A stretch of 64,000 bases of DNA from positions 1-64,000 of the forward strand of contig CDROCS010005781.1 of NCBI GenBank assembly GCA_977020255.1, read 5' to 3'. The notes under the pieces are model-generated. The model saw nothing but the letters and a program-made list of their open reading frames with translations, was not told where the DNA came from and searched no databases. Position 1 is the first letter of the stretch, and each line of letters begins with the position of its first letter. This DNA comes from Obrimoposthia wandeli. Its lineage: Eukaryota. The position numbers and the translations under genes are program-made. Shown here piece by piece: positions 40,943 to 50,174 of this stretch.

Positions 40943-43780
40943 TTATTGATACTTATTCTCAAGCTTTTGCACAATATCATTACTGATGCGCAAGCTTTCA
41001 AGTAAATCGAGCAAGTTGTAGTCTAGGTTTAAATTAAAATGCGTTGCCTGGCCATCAAAGAAAGTTGGGTTATGTCCCTGAAACTGTAAGCCTAATTTTA
41101 GCTCGCCATCGGGCTGATAGGTGATATCCGTTTGTAGTTTGTCATAGCGAAAATCGTTTAAAACTTTCATCGCTAGGCCTACGCTAGGGTCACTTTCTTT
41201 CAAACTATCTGCGGTAGCCCCACGAAACTGAACTATGCCTCCTGGGGCTCTGGCATATAAGCTGCCAGCAGGTACTTGTGCCCCTTCAGCTAATAATATA
41301 ATGGGTAATACACCGTCTAATTGCCCGGTTGCGGTAATACCAGAACCTGCTTCTAAAGCTGCTAGCTGCTCTAGTTTCAAACCTTCTATTTCGATGCCAA
41401 AAGCATTCACTTCTTGACGGGTATCAAAGCGAATTAAAGGAACATTGATTCGGCCTCCTAGAACATCCGAGTGGACTTCTTCGATAACGATTAAGGCTTG
41501 GGAGAAATCTGATTGAATAGTCGTTGTACTGCGCGCTAATACATTGGCGATATTAATCCCAGGGTTAATACTGAGCGCCGAGATTTGGCTGTCGATACGG
41601 AAGTCCGTATAGAAGGGGCGTCGTATCGCGAGCTGCACATCGATGTCTTCCCATGTGGTGACCTTCTGATAGATGCCTGACATGTCATCGATGCGTAACA
41701 TTAAGTCAGGCTGCCAGCGCCAAGCAATGCTTGAATCGTCAAAGATGTCTTCTTGATACTGCTGCCATTGCACCCAGCCTTGGGCGGATATGCTGCCCGC
41801 TAAGAGTTGGGCCTGAGTTAACTCAGCCATTTTTATGAGCCCCATTTTTTGCCAATCGAGCTTTAAATTCTTTAAATACAGTTGGGCACTGCCTTGCTGC
41901 AAATTGCTAAAATCGTGTTGGGCTAATAACGTTAAATCTAGACTATCGGCTAAACCAGATAAGCTCATTGAGGTGCTCAGTTTTGCCTGTTTCAAATCAA
42001 GAGAGGTCAGGTCGATATTACCTTTGAATAATAGCGCAGGCACGGGCCACTGATTCCAATGGCTGGGGCGATTTTTTATTTGCCAATGACAGGCTAGCGG
42101 CAGTTGTGAAATGGCTTGCTGGCTTCTGAGTTGTGGAGAATATTGTAACTTTAGCCAATCGAGATTGCAGCTGACCTGAGCATTTTCTAATTGTAATAAC
42201 TCTTTTTTATGTTGCCATTTTAGTTGTTCAAAAACGATAGAAAAATCTTTTGCTTGGGTGAGTTCATTATCGATTCCTTCGATGAACCAATCGGGTAATA
42301 ATTGCCAGTGTACGGTAGATAGCTGTGCATTAGGCTTATCGGCGAAGAGAGTTTCTAGATACTGGCTTTGATTATTTAGGCCATGGGGTAAGCTTACTTG
42401 CCAATGCCAGTTATTATCATTCTGCTGCCCTTGAACAATAACTTCACCTTGGCTTTCATTTTTGAATCTTGGCCATAATGAGTTTTCTTGTTGCGTACTA
42501 AAATTGAGTATTTGCTGGCTGATAAATTGGCTAGTGCTATTGAGTTCGTTAGTAAACTGACCTTCTAATGTCAGTTCTGTTTTATGTGTTATTTGTTTAC
42601 CGCTTAACTGCTGTGCGAGCTGCCCTTGCCATTGGCATTTGTTGCTCTCTGGCTTAAAGGCACAGGTTAATGAGATGGCTTTTTTAAGGGTTTGTTTAAT
42701 TTTAAGATTGATTGGCGCTAGCGAATTAATGTCTCCTGCCAGATCAAACGTATGCAAACTAAATTGCCATTGCTCTTCACGCTGCTGATCAATATGGGTA
42801 TTCACATTAATGGCTAGTTCGGCATGTTCAATAATGTTTTCTTTTTTTGTACGATCAAAAACATTGAAGTCAGTCACCTTAATTTGTAATAAACCATTAG
42901 CAGAAAGCTGGCTTAAAAATTGTTGCTGGCTATCAATTATTCTGGGTAGGTTGAGTTCTAAGCTCCAGGCTTGAATTGCGACTTTCGCCTTTAATACATG
43001 AGCTTGATCTTGTTGTTCTAAAAGCGTTAGCCAAGATTGAATGTCTGCGCTTTGTTGCAGGCTTAACGTTGCGTGCTTTGTCGGATCGCTGGGGAGTGTC
43101 CAGTTAGCGTGCAAATCGAAAATAGGGGTAGGTTGCTGGTCGATGAATACAAGGCTATTCATGTCGCCTTGATTATTGAGAGTGAAGCTGTGGTTTAGTT
43201 TTTTCGTTAAACGACGGGATTGAATTGTATTGTTGATGCTGAGCTGCTGCTTATTAAAGTCGATGCTGCTATCAATTGTTGCTTGAGGGTGAATCAGCTG
43301 AAATTGTTTTATCGTTAGAGTGTTGATGGGCAGTTGCTGAAAAATCTGTTCTAAACTCGCCAGTTCAAATGCTGGCGTCTCGGTTGCTTGAGTCCCCGTA
43401 ATTTGGGGTTGAACTTTGTTGGTGAGGTTGTGATTATTAAGAGGGGCATTAGCAAGAGTGGGTAGGATTTCTAACTGAGCATACTCTACCGTGACATCGT
43501 TAACCTGTCCTGAGGCGATGCTCCAAGGAGAGAAAGTGATCTCCATTTCTTGTAGTTTTATTTGGCTATTTTGTGCGGGCAAGAAAAATTGAATCTGGGC
43601 AATATGAAGTTTATGCCAGGTTAATTGGCTAATGTGGGCTTGGCCTTGTTCAAGATCGGCTTGCTCCATGGCCCAAGGCAGCAGGGAATTAATTCCCTGC
43701 TTAACCAGAGTAGGCAGATATAAAATACAGCCAGCTAATATAACGACACTGATCAACAGTGCTTTAAGCCATGATTTCAT
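40943..43780 (-). CDS. ydbH: YdbH-domain (AsmA-like) intermembrane protein
   Basis: N-terminal TM anchor; C-terminal G.LDG.LPI, AM..L.DFRYD.L, FNLNLDYNLLDLL.SL. Confidence 0.85.
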   Translation of the reverse strand: MKSWLKALLISVVILAGCILYLPTLVKQGINSLLPWAMEQADLEQGQAHISQLTWHKLHIAQIQFFLPAQNSQIKLQEMEITFSPWSIASGQVNDVTVEYAQLEILPTLANAPLNNHNLTNKVQPQITGTQATETPAFELASLEQIFQQLPINTLTIKQFQLIHPQATIDSSIDFNKQQLSINNTIQSRRLTKKLNHSFTLNNQGDMNSLVFIDQQPTPIFDLHANWTLPSDPTKHATLSLQQSADIQSWLTLLEQQDQAHVLKAKVAIQAWSLELNLPRIIDSQQQFLSQLSANGLLQIKVTDFNVFDRTKKENIIEHAELAINVNTHIDQQREEQWQFSLHTFDLAGDINSLAPINLKIKQTLKKAISLTCAFKPESNKCQWQGQLAQQLSGKQITHKTELTLEGQFTNELNSTSQFISQQILNFSTQQENSLWPRFKNESQGEVIVQGQQNDNNWHWQVSLPHGLNNQSQYLETLFADKPNAQLSTVHWQLLPDWFIEGIDNELTQAKDFSIVFEQLKWQHKKELLQLENAQVSCNLDWLKLQYSPQLRSQQAISQLPLACHWQIKNRPSHWNQWPVPALLFKGNIDLTSLDLKQAKLSTSMSLSGLADSLDLTLLAQHDFSNLQQGSAQLYLKNLKLDWQKMGLIKMAELTQAQLLAGSISAQGWVQWQQYQEDIFDDSSIAWRWQPDLMLRIDDMSGIYQKVTTWEDIDVQLAIRRPFYTDFRIDSQISALSINPGINIANVLARSTTTIQSDFSQALIVIEEVHSDVLGGRINVPLIRFDTRQEVNAFGIEIEGLKLEQLAALEAGSGITATGQLDGVLPIILLAEGAQVPAGSLYARAPGGIVQFRGATADSLKESDPSVGLAMKVLNDFRYDKLQTDITYQPDGELKLGLQFQGHNPTFFDGQATHFNLNLDYNLLDLLESLRISNDIVQKLENKYQ

Positions 43781-43830
43781 TCTCTACCTTGCTCCTTGCG
43801 ATGATTTGCTGGTGCTCTTTGAACTTGATA

Positions 43831-44541
43831 CTAGGACGCTTTTATCGTCTTAACACCTTCTTGTGTTGCAAGCAGCAAAGTATCCGCAGGGCGAACAGCA
43901 AATAAGCCGTTAGTGACCATGCCGGTTAGCTGATTGACCTTGGCTTCTAGTAGCTTAGGGGCAATATTAGAATCCGGTGCCATGTTGAAATGATGGACAT
44001 CTAGAATCACATTGCCATTATCGGTCACAAAATCTTGGCGCAATACAGGGTCACCACCGAGCTTAACCATTTCGCGAGCAACAAAACTGCGTGCCATTGG
44101 AATCACTTCAACAGGCAGTGGGAATTTGCCCATATCATCGACTAGCTTGCTTTCGTCAGCCACACAGACAAATTCTTTGGCGACGGCCGCGACGATTTTT
44201 TCGCGAGTTAACGCACCACCACCACCTTTAATCATTTCTAACTGGTGATTAATCTCGTCAGCACCATCGACATAAAACTCAAGTTCAACCACTGAATTGA
44301 GGTCGTAAACAGGAATACCATGGCTTTTTAGGCGTTCAGCGGTTGCTTCAGAGCTGGCAACAGCACCATCAAAATAATGCTTAAACTCGGCTAATGCATC
44401 AATAAAGCAATTGGCTGTAGAACCTGTGCCAACGCCAATAATAGAGTCGGTTTCTAAATGCGGCTTGATGTACTCAGCGGCGGCTTTACCGACTGCGGCT
44501 TTTAATTGGTCTGATGTTAATACATTCGCAGTTGAGGACAT
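43831..44541 (-). CDS. rpiA: Ribose-5-phosphate isomerase A
   Basis: [27 protein letters not shown]. Confidence 0.97.
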   Translation of the reverse strand: MSSTANVLTSDQLKAAVGKAAAEYIKPHLETDSIIGVGTGSTANCFIDALAEFKHYFDGAVASSEATAERLKSHGIPVYDLNSVVELEFYVDGADEINHQLEMIKGGGGALTREKIVAAVAKEFVCVADESKLVDDMGKFPLPVEVIPMARSFVAREMVKLGGDPVLRQDFVTDNGNVILDVHHFNMAPDSNIAPKLLEAKVNQLTGMVTNGLFAVRPADTLLLATQEGVKTIKAS

Positions 44542-44661
44542 GTCTGGACTCTAATGGATGGGTTAAAGATAGGGAGATTTAAAAATTAATCATGCGCACA
44601 AGCATTATAAATCCTTATTCGCTACAATGCTTGTCTTCATACATTTAAAAAAGTATAGATC

Positions 44662-46221
44662 ATGACTGCTCGTGCTTCTGCTAATTCAAATCCTAAGCTG
44701 CTAGACCAATATATCAAGAAGATCCTCTCTGCTAACGTTTATGACGTTGCGATTGAGTCGCCTTTGCATATTGCCCCATTTCTTTCTGAGCGCATGGGTA
44801 ATAATATTTGGGTGAAGCGCGAAGATAAGCAGCCGGTCTATTCTTTTAAGATTCGCGGTGCCTACAATAAGGTCGTTCAGCTTACCGATAAAGAGAAGGC
44901 GGCGGGTGTCGTTGCTGCCTCTGCTGGTAATCATGCCCAAGGCTTGGCCTTAGCATCGAAAGAGTTAGGCATTAAGGCAACGATCGTAATGCCACTGACC
45001 ACACCTGAAATTAAGGTTAAGTCCTGCAAGGCCCGTGGCGCGAAAGTGATTTTGCACGGTGATACCTTTGATGAAGCCTTTGCGCATTCGCAAAAATTGG
45101 TAGAAGAAAAGGGTTACACCTATATTCATCCGTACGATGACCCTGAAGTTATTGCTGGCCAAGGCACGATTGGCATGGAGATCTTACGTCAGCTTAATGA
45201 TCCTATTGATGCCATTTTTGTCCCTGTGGGCGGCGGCGGTATCATCGCGGGTATTGCTGCGTATGTTAAATTTTTGCGTCCTGAAATTAAGATCATTGGT
45301 GTTGAATCGACAGAGTCTGCGTGTTTGCACGCTGCCTTAGCCGCTGGTCGTCGTGTGACTTTACCTAGTGTCGGCATCTTTGCCGATGGTGTTGCGGTTG
45401 CTCAAATTGGTAAAAATACTTGGGAAATTGCTCGTCACTATGTCGATGAAGTGATTACTTGCTCACCTGATGAACTTTGCGCAGCGATAAAAGATATCTT
45501 TGATGATACCCGTGCGGTCTGTGAACCGGCCGGTGCCTTAGGCGTGGCAGGAATGAAGAAGTACGTTGAGCGTGAAGGCATTCAAGGGGCTAATCTAGTT
45601 TCGATCTTGAGTGGCGCTAATGTCAATTTTGATCGCTTGCGTTATATCTCAGAAGTCGCAGAAATCGGTGAAGGTCGAGAAGCGATTCTAGCCGTTACTA
45701 TTCCTGAGCGTGCTGGCAGTTTTCAGCAGTTCTGTAGCCTCTTAGGCAAGCGTCCGATTACCGAGTTTAATTACCGTTATCGCGATGATAAGTCCGCGCA
45801 AATTTATGTTGGGGTAAAGGTGGGAGCCGAGAAAGATGCGCGCCAGAAATTAATGGCCGAGCTGGAAGCGAAAGATTATCCCGTATTGGATTTAACCGAA
45901 GATGAAATCTCAAAATATCATATTCGCCATATGGTAGGCGGGCATGCACCTGACTCAGTGAATGACGAGTTATTGTATCGTTTTGAATTTCCAGAGCGCC
46001 CAGGAGCGTTATTGCAGTTTTTAAAATCTTTGGGTAAGAAGTTTAATATCTCGTTATTCCATTACCGCAATCATGGTGCGGCGAATGGTCGAGTATTGGT
46101 GGGTTTGCAAGTTCCTAAAGATAAGAATCAACAGAAGGAAGTAGAGACTTATTTAACTGAACTTGGTTATACCTATTGGAACGAGACGGATAACCCAGCG
46201 TATCAACTCTTTTTACGTTAA
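44662..46221 (+). CDS. ilvA: Biosynthetic threonine dehydratase
   Basis: SFKIRGAYN, ASAGNHAQG, two ACT-like domains (IPERAGSF, FPERPGAL). Confidence 0.97.
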   Translation: MTARASANSNPKLLDQYIKKILSANVYDVAIESPLHIAPFLSERMGNNIWVKREDKQPVYSFKIRGAYNKVVQLTDKEKAAGVVAASAGNHAQGLALASKELGIKATIVMPLTTPEIKVKSCKARGAKVILHGDTFDEAFAHSQKLVEEKGYTYIHPYDDPEVIAGQGTIGMEILRQLNDPIDAIFVPVGGGGIIAGIAAYVKFLRPEIKIIGVESTESACLHAALAAGRRVTLPSVGIFADGVAVAQIGKNTWEIARHYVDEVITCSPDELCAAIKDIFDDTRAVCEPAGALGVAGMKKYVEREGIQGANLVSILSGANVNFDRLRYISEVAEIGEGREAILAVTIPERAGSFQQFCSLLGKRPITEFNYRYRDDKSAQIYVGVKVGAEKDARQKLMAELEAKDYPVLDLTEDEISKYHIRHMVGGHAPDSVNDELLYRFEFPERPGALLQFLKSLGKKFNISLFHYRNHGAANGRVLVGLQVPKDKNQQKEVETYLTELGYTYWNETDNPAYQLFLR

Positions 46222-46228
46222 TAGAAAT

Positions 46229-46263
46229 AAAAAAGGCTAACTGATTTCAGTTAGCCTTTTTTT
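46229..46263. terminator. Bidirectional terminator
   Basis: AAAAAGGCTAACTG-attt-CAGTTAGCCTTTTT. Confidence 0.85.
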
Positions 46264-46275
46264 ATTCGCGTTATT

Positions 46276-46497
46276 TTAACTTTTAGTTATTTTTTCATAA
46301 CCGCTTTTCAGTTTTTCAGTACAGGCCTTTTTTGCCTCGTCATCAGACATTGTCTTTTTATAATCTTCTAAGCAAGTTTGGTATAAAGGCTGTGCTTCTT
46401 TTAATAGATCTTTATTGATCATATCTTTCGACATGTTTTTATTTGCACACGCTGTTGTTGCGAGTATAAGAGCTAGAGTTGCTAGTGTTTTTAGCAT
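46276..46497 (-). CDS. Small lipoprotein of unknown function
   Basis: Lipobox TTAC after a hydrophobic signal; two further Cys; GGAAG SD upstream. Confidence 0.7.
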   Translation of the reverse strand: MLKTLATLALILATTACANKNMSKDMINKDLLKEAQPLYQTCLEDYKKTMSDDEAKKACTEKLKSGYEKITKS

Positions 46498-46647
46498 GAT
46501 GCTTCCGTAGAGTTATTTTATGTTGTGTATGAAGCATTTTAAGTTTAATTATTGGATGAAGATAGGCTGCGATATGAATACAGCCTATCTTTGATAGAAT
46601 TTTACATTTACTAAATAAGAGTTTAGGTAGGCTGGAGTAAAACTATT

Positions 46648-47202
46648 TTAGTCTGATCTTTTCTTATTTTGATTTCTTAGCAGTACATAAAAAGCCCCTG
46701 CGCCACCATCTTTTGGTTGTGCAGTATGGTAAGCCAATACATCGTGTAGCTGCGGTAACCAGTGAATAAGGTAACTCTTCAGCAGTGCAGGATCTTCAAT
46801 GTTGCGATCGCCTTTACCGGGTAGAATCAGCACCGTTCTAAGATCGTACTTCACGCAATCGTTGATGAAGCTAAATACGATCTCTCGTGCTGTTTCTATG
46901 GTCATTCTGTGTAGGTCTAAGCGTGCGTCAATCTGATTTTTGCCTTGGCGTAATCGACGAAAAATATTATCTTGAATTCCATGGCAACGATACCCTAATT
47001 CATCATGAGGCTGAACGCGATCAACTTCATAATGCTGTAGGTGATTAGGGTCAGCACTGTTCTGTTCTAAGGTCGCCGCTTGTTGACGAAGCTTTTGGGC
47101 TTCGGTCGTTTTATGCGGTTGGCTCAAGTTGGCCTTTTTGACCTGTTTAATCTTTTTAATCCCCTGCATTTCCTGCAGAAAGAAGTCATCATCGTCAGTC
47201 AT
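46648..47202 (-). CDS. smrA: Smr-domain endonuclease (SmrA-like)
   Basis: LDLHRMT..AR, VLILPGKG, LKSYL.HWL, DGGAGAFYVLL. Confidence 0.85.
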   Translation of the reverse strand: MTDDDDFFLQEMQGIKKIKQVKKANLSQPHKTTEAQKLRQQAATLEQNSADPNHLQHYEVDRVQPHDELGYRCHGIQDNIFRRLRQGKNQIDARLDLHRMTIETAREIVFSFINDCVKYDLRTVLILPGKGDRNIEDPALLKSYLIHWLPQLHDVLAYHTAQPKDGGAGAFYVLLRNQNKKRSD

Positions 47203-47273
47203 AGCTGTCTAATCGGGATTTTCGCGATTGAGTAGGGCTGGAGTATAACATCTTGTTAATTGACTCGAAAATA

Positions 47274-47288
47274 TTGACGATTCTTTAC
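47274..47288 (-). promoter_or_regulatory. Candidate CpxR/OmpR-family direct-repeat site
   Basis: Minus strand GTAAA-N5-GTCAA, about 100 nt upstream of a Spy/CpxP-like gene. Confidence 0.35.
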
Positions 47289-47384
47289 TTATTGGTGACA
47301 TAACTTACGCAACAAAAGTCTATATTGTCTGTCTACCTATACAAGTTGTCATGAACATTAATAAAAACAATAAAAGGTTAGATT

Positions 47385-47975
47385 ATGAAACGGTTAATGA
47401 TTGCACTGATGTTATCGATTGGCATTAGTTCCGTCGCAATGTCTTTGCTGGGTGACCATGGTCAGCGCTTAGACTGGGATCAATTAAATCTGTCAGATCA
47501 GCAGACTCAACAAGTTCAAGCTATTCGTAAAACCTACCGTGATGAATTTCAGCGTTTGCGTAAATATGATATTGAAACGTTAGAGAAAAAACGTCAGATG
47601 CTAGTATTGCGTGACAATATGATCGCGAATATAACTCAAGTACTTTCTGACGCGCAGAAGGCACAAGCAGGCGCTATGATGGTTGCGCAGGCGGAAACAC
47701 GTATCAATAAGCGCTTAGATCGTTTAGCGGATAAATTGGCACTGACTTCTAAACAACAGGATGTGATGCGTTCGTTGGTGAGTACTAACTTAGTTGAGAG
47801 CACTAACTTAGTTAAGAGTACTGACTCATTTTTGGCCGTAAGTGCGATGGGCATAGAGCGTCGCCAATATGTATTCGACCAAGTGGATCAGTTTATGCCT
47901 AACATTTTATCGTCAACTCAGCTTGCTCAGTGGCAAAGAATTAAAGATAAGCGCATGAAGCATCTTGCATCATAA
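47385..47975 (+). CDS. Periplasmic Spy/CpxP-like (LTxxQ) protein
   Basis: Signal peptide; repeated LNLSDQQ, LSDAQK, LALTSKQQ and LSSTQL motifs. Confidence 0.65.
   Translation: MKRLMIALMLSIGISSVAMSLLGDHGQRLDWDQLNLSDQQTQQVQAIRKTYRDEFQRLRKYDIETLEKKRQMLVLRDNMIANITQVLSDAQKAQAGAMMVAQAETRINKRLDRLADKLALTSKQQDVMRSLVSTNLVESTNLVKSTDSFLAVSAMGIERRQYVFDQVDQFMPNILSSTQLAQWQRIKDKRMKHLAS
47781..47828 (+). repeat. In-frame 18-bp tandem repeat (about 2.7 copies)
   Basis: AGTACTAACTTAGTTGAG / AGCACTAACTTAGTTAAG / AGTACTGACTCA = STNLVE STNLVK STDS. Confidence 0.85.
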
Positions 47976-48037
47976 GCATCATCCGCTAGACGGTGTGGCC
48001 ATCTTTGGAAATATCGTATCTATTAATTAATCACTAT

Positions 48038-48457
48038 TTAGTTAAAAGCCCACTGGGTAAGCGCTATCAATACGGCATAGCGTGCGCCTTTTCCTAGCGT
48101 GACCAATAGGATGAATAATTTAAAATTGGTTTGTGCTAGGCCCGCAATCAAAGTGATAGGATCTCCAATGATAGGCAGCCAAGCCAATAATAAACTCCAC
48201 ACACCGTAGCGGTTATACAGTCGCTGTCCTTGCTGCCATGAGCGCGCTTCTTGATATTTATTCGTTACATATTCACTTGCCCAATAGCCGATCGCATAGT
48301 TAATGCAGCTGCCCAGTACATTTCCGCTGGTGGCGATTAACCATAAAAGCAAGGCATTATGGCCTTGATCTAATAGCGCAATGAGCACGACTTCTGATCC
48401 CATTGGAAAGAGTGTTGCGGCGATGAGTGCAGAAAAAAACAATCCAATTAATGCCAT
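48038..48457 (-). CDS. YqaA/DedA (VTT) family membrane protein
   Basis: LFFSALIAATLFPMGSE, GNVLGS.INY, LLAWLPIIGDP, KGARY. Confidence 0.9.
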   Translation of the reverse strand: MALIGLFFSALIAATLFPMGSEVVLIALLDQGHNALLLWLIATSGNVLGSCINYAIGYWASEYVTNKYQEARSWQQGQRLYNRYGVWSLLLAWLPIIGDPITLIAGLAQTNFKLFILLVTLGKGARYAVLIALTQWAFN

Positions 48458-49122
48458 CAGTTTTTAGCGTCCATATTTTTAACGCCTATATTCTTAATGT
48501 TATTGGAAGAGGTGTCGAGTGCAATGCGATGCAGCACTTGGTAGCGGCCTTGAATCTCGTTAGTATTATAGTGAGCGAATATAATTTCGTTCACTATAAA
48601 TTCAGTTTCTTGCGTACATAGATTAGAAAGTTGTGTGGCTAAATTCACTGTTTTATAAGCTTGATCATAAAAACCAAGAGTTACATGCGGTATGTATTCA
48701 GCCGCGCCTTCTTCTATAGAAATAGCATTCAATAATTGACGAATTTTTTCTAACGAATTGAAAGGATCACAAATAGAAAGATAGGGTGACGTGGTAAAAC
48801 TGTGGCCTTTTGATAGTTGAAGAGGAAAGGCGGTGAGATTAGTTTCTTGAAGTTTTTTTATTTGTAGTTGCAGTGAGGCTTTGGTGAAATGTTGTTCATC
48901 AAGTAAGCCCGATGCACTCAATGTAATGTGAGGTTGGCGTAGATAGTTTGGGTGTAATTTATCCGCGAGCTGCTGTTGGCATAGCTGGACTTGTTGTTGG
49001 CAGTCTTGATTGCTTATTTCAATCGCCCAAAATCCATAGTGTTTAATGCCTTGATGCCATTCAAAAAAATCACGCAGCTCGATTGGCTGCGTGGTTTCAT
49101 GATCTAGAAAATAATCCGTCAT
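48457..49122 (-). CDS. 2H phosphoesterase (2'-5' RNA ligase family)
   Basis: Two HxT motifs, QPHITL and IPHVTL. Confidence 0.75.
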   Translation of the reverse strand: MTDYFLDHETTQPIELRDFFEWHQGIKHYGFWAIEISNQDCQQQVQLCQQQLADKLHPNYLRQPHITLSASGLLDEQHFTKASLQLQIKKLQETNLTAFPLQLSKGHSFTTSPYLSICDPFNSLEKIRQLLNAISIEEGAAEYIPHVTLGFYDQAYKTVNLATQLSNLCTQETEFIVNEIIFAHYNTNEIQGRYQVLHRIALDTSSNNIKNIGVKNMDAKN

Positions 49123-49130
49123 CAGCTCGA

Positions 49131-49922
49131 TTAAAAGCTATAAACGAGAGTCACGCCGACAAGAGAGTCTGTGTTCTTTTTATCTTCAGGCACTTCTGTT
49201 GTATGTTTTATTTGGTAATTTACTTTCATGGCTAGCTGACCAATTAAGGTGCTTTGTATGCCCATATCTGATTTATAGACTACTTTTGAATCGCCGCCTT
49301 CAACCGATAGTGCTTCGGTAAATTTAGCATTGTCACCTATTTTTACCAATAAATTTAGGCTAGCACGGCCAATAGCCTCTTCTTCTATTTTATCACCATG
49401 TTCATTGCGTTCTTCTAATGCATTGCGACGATAACCAGGACCGACTTCTAGATCTAACTTTCCTTGCTTGTCATTCCACGCGCGATAACCATAACCAACC
49501 GATAATGTACTTTGGTACTGATAACCATTAAAGCGATCATCTTCATACGATAATAGCGAAGTTACGTAGCTGTATTTCCCAAGAGAGTAATCGTACTTTA
49601 ATTCAGAAAGATATCTTTCTTTTGATGAATCACCATCTTCTTCACTGGTTAGTGCTTCTAGCTTGAATGATGTTGTGGTGGGTTCTAGTTCACGCACAAG
49701 GTTGAACTTACCATTAAAGCTTTGAGTATCACTATTACCACGGGTTTGAATAAAGCCAAGTTCAGCATTACCCGACCAAATGGCTCCGGCTGGCGCGTCA
49801 GTTGCTGCGGCATCTGCGCTTGGTGGGATAACGTCTTCAGCTAGGCTGAGGCTAGGCAGTAATAATAAACCAGTAAATAAACTAGAAGATAATAAGGTTT
49901 TATTCATCATAATATTGGCCAC
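49131..49922 (-). CDS. DUF481/YdiY family outer-membrane beta-barrel protein
   Basis: W.GNAELG....GNSDT, DRFNGY.YQ, GPGYR, terminal LVYSF. Confidence 0.85.
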   Translation of the reverse strand: MANIMMNKTLLSSSLFTGLLLLPSLSLAEDVIPPSADAAATDAPAGAIWSGNAELGFIQTRGNSDTQSFNGKFNLVRELEPTTTSFKLEALTSEEDGDSSKERYLSELKYDYSLGKYSYVTSLLSYEDDRFNGYQYQSTLSVGYGYRAWNDKQGKLDLEVGPGYRRNALEERNEHGDKIEEEAIGRASLNLLVKIGDNAKFTEALSVEGGDSKVVYKSDMGIQSTLIGQLAMKVNYQIKHTTEVPEDKKNTDSLVGVTLVYSF

Positions 49923-50174
49923 TGTTAATCTAAATTAGATTGTTAGTTTAAGGCTGTACTTGCAAGACAGTTGATTGCAAAGCCGTTAGATAGAAGCCTA
50001 ATTTAGAGTATTTTTTCTGCTTTGTAAAAGTGATCTCAGCAGCTTTTACAGCATTTAACGTATGCAGGTATCACTTCGCTGCTTGAAAATGGAACAATGA
50101 GTTCGAACCGCATAATTATTGATCTGTTATTATGAGCACAATTAAAACCAAAATATAAATTTAGTGGTGTCTGT

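Noticed and set aside
46558-46592. Perfect 11-bp hairpin AAGATAGGCTG...CAGCCTATCTT between smrA and the lipoprotein gene
   Set aside because: Single copy, weak U tract; probably an ordinary terminator or stabiliser.
37461-49125. CUGAUGA...GAAA in both 18-mer copies, suggesting hammerhead ribozymes
   Set aside because: No stem II pairing between CUGAUGA and GAAA, and no stem I/III found.
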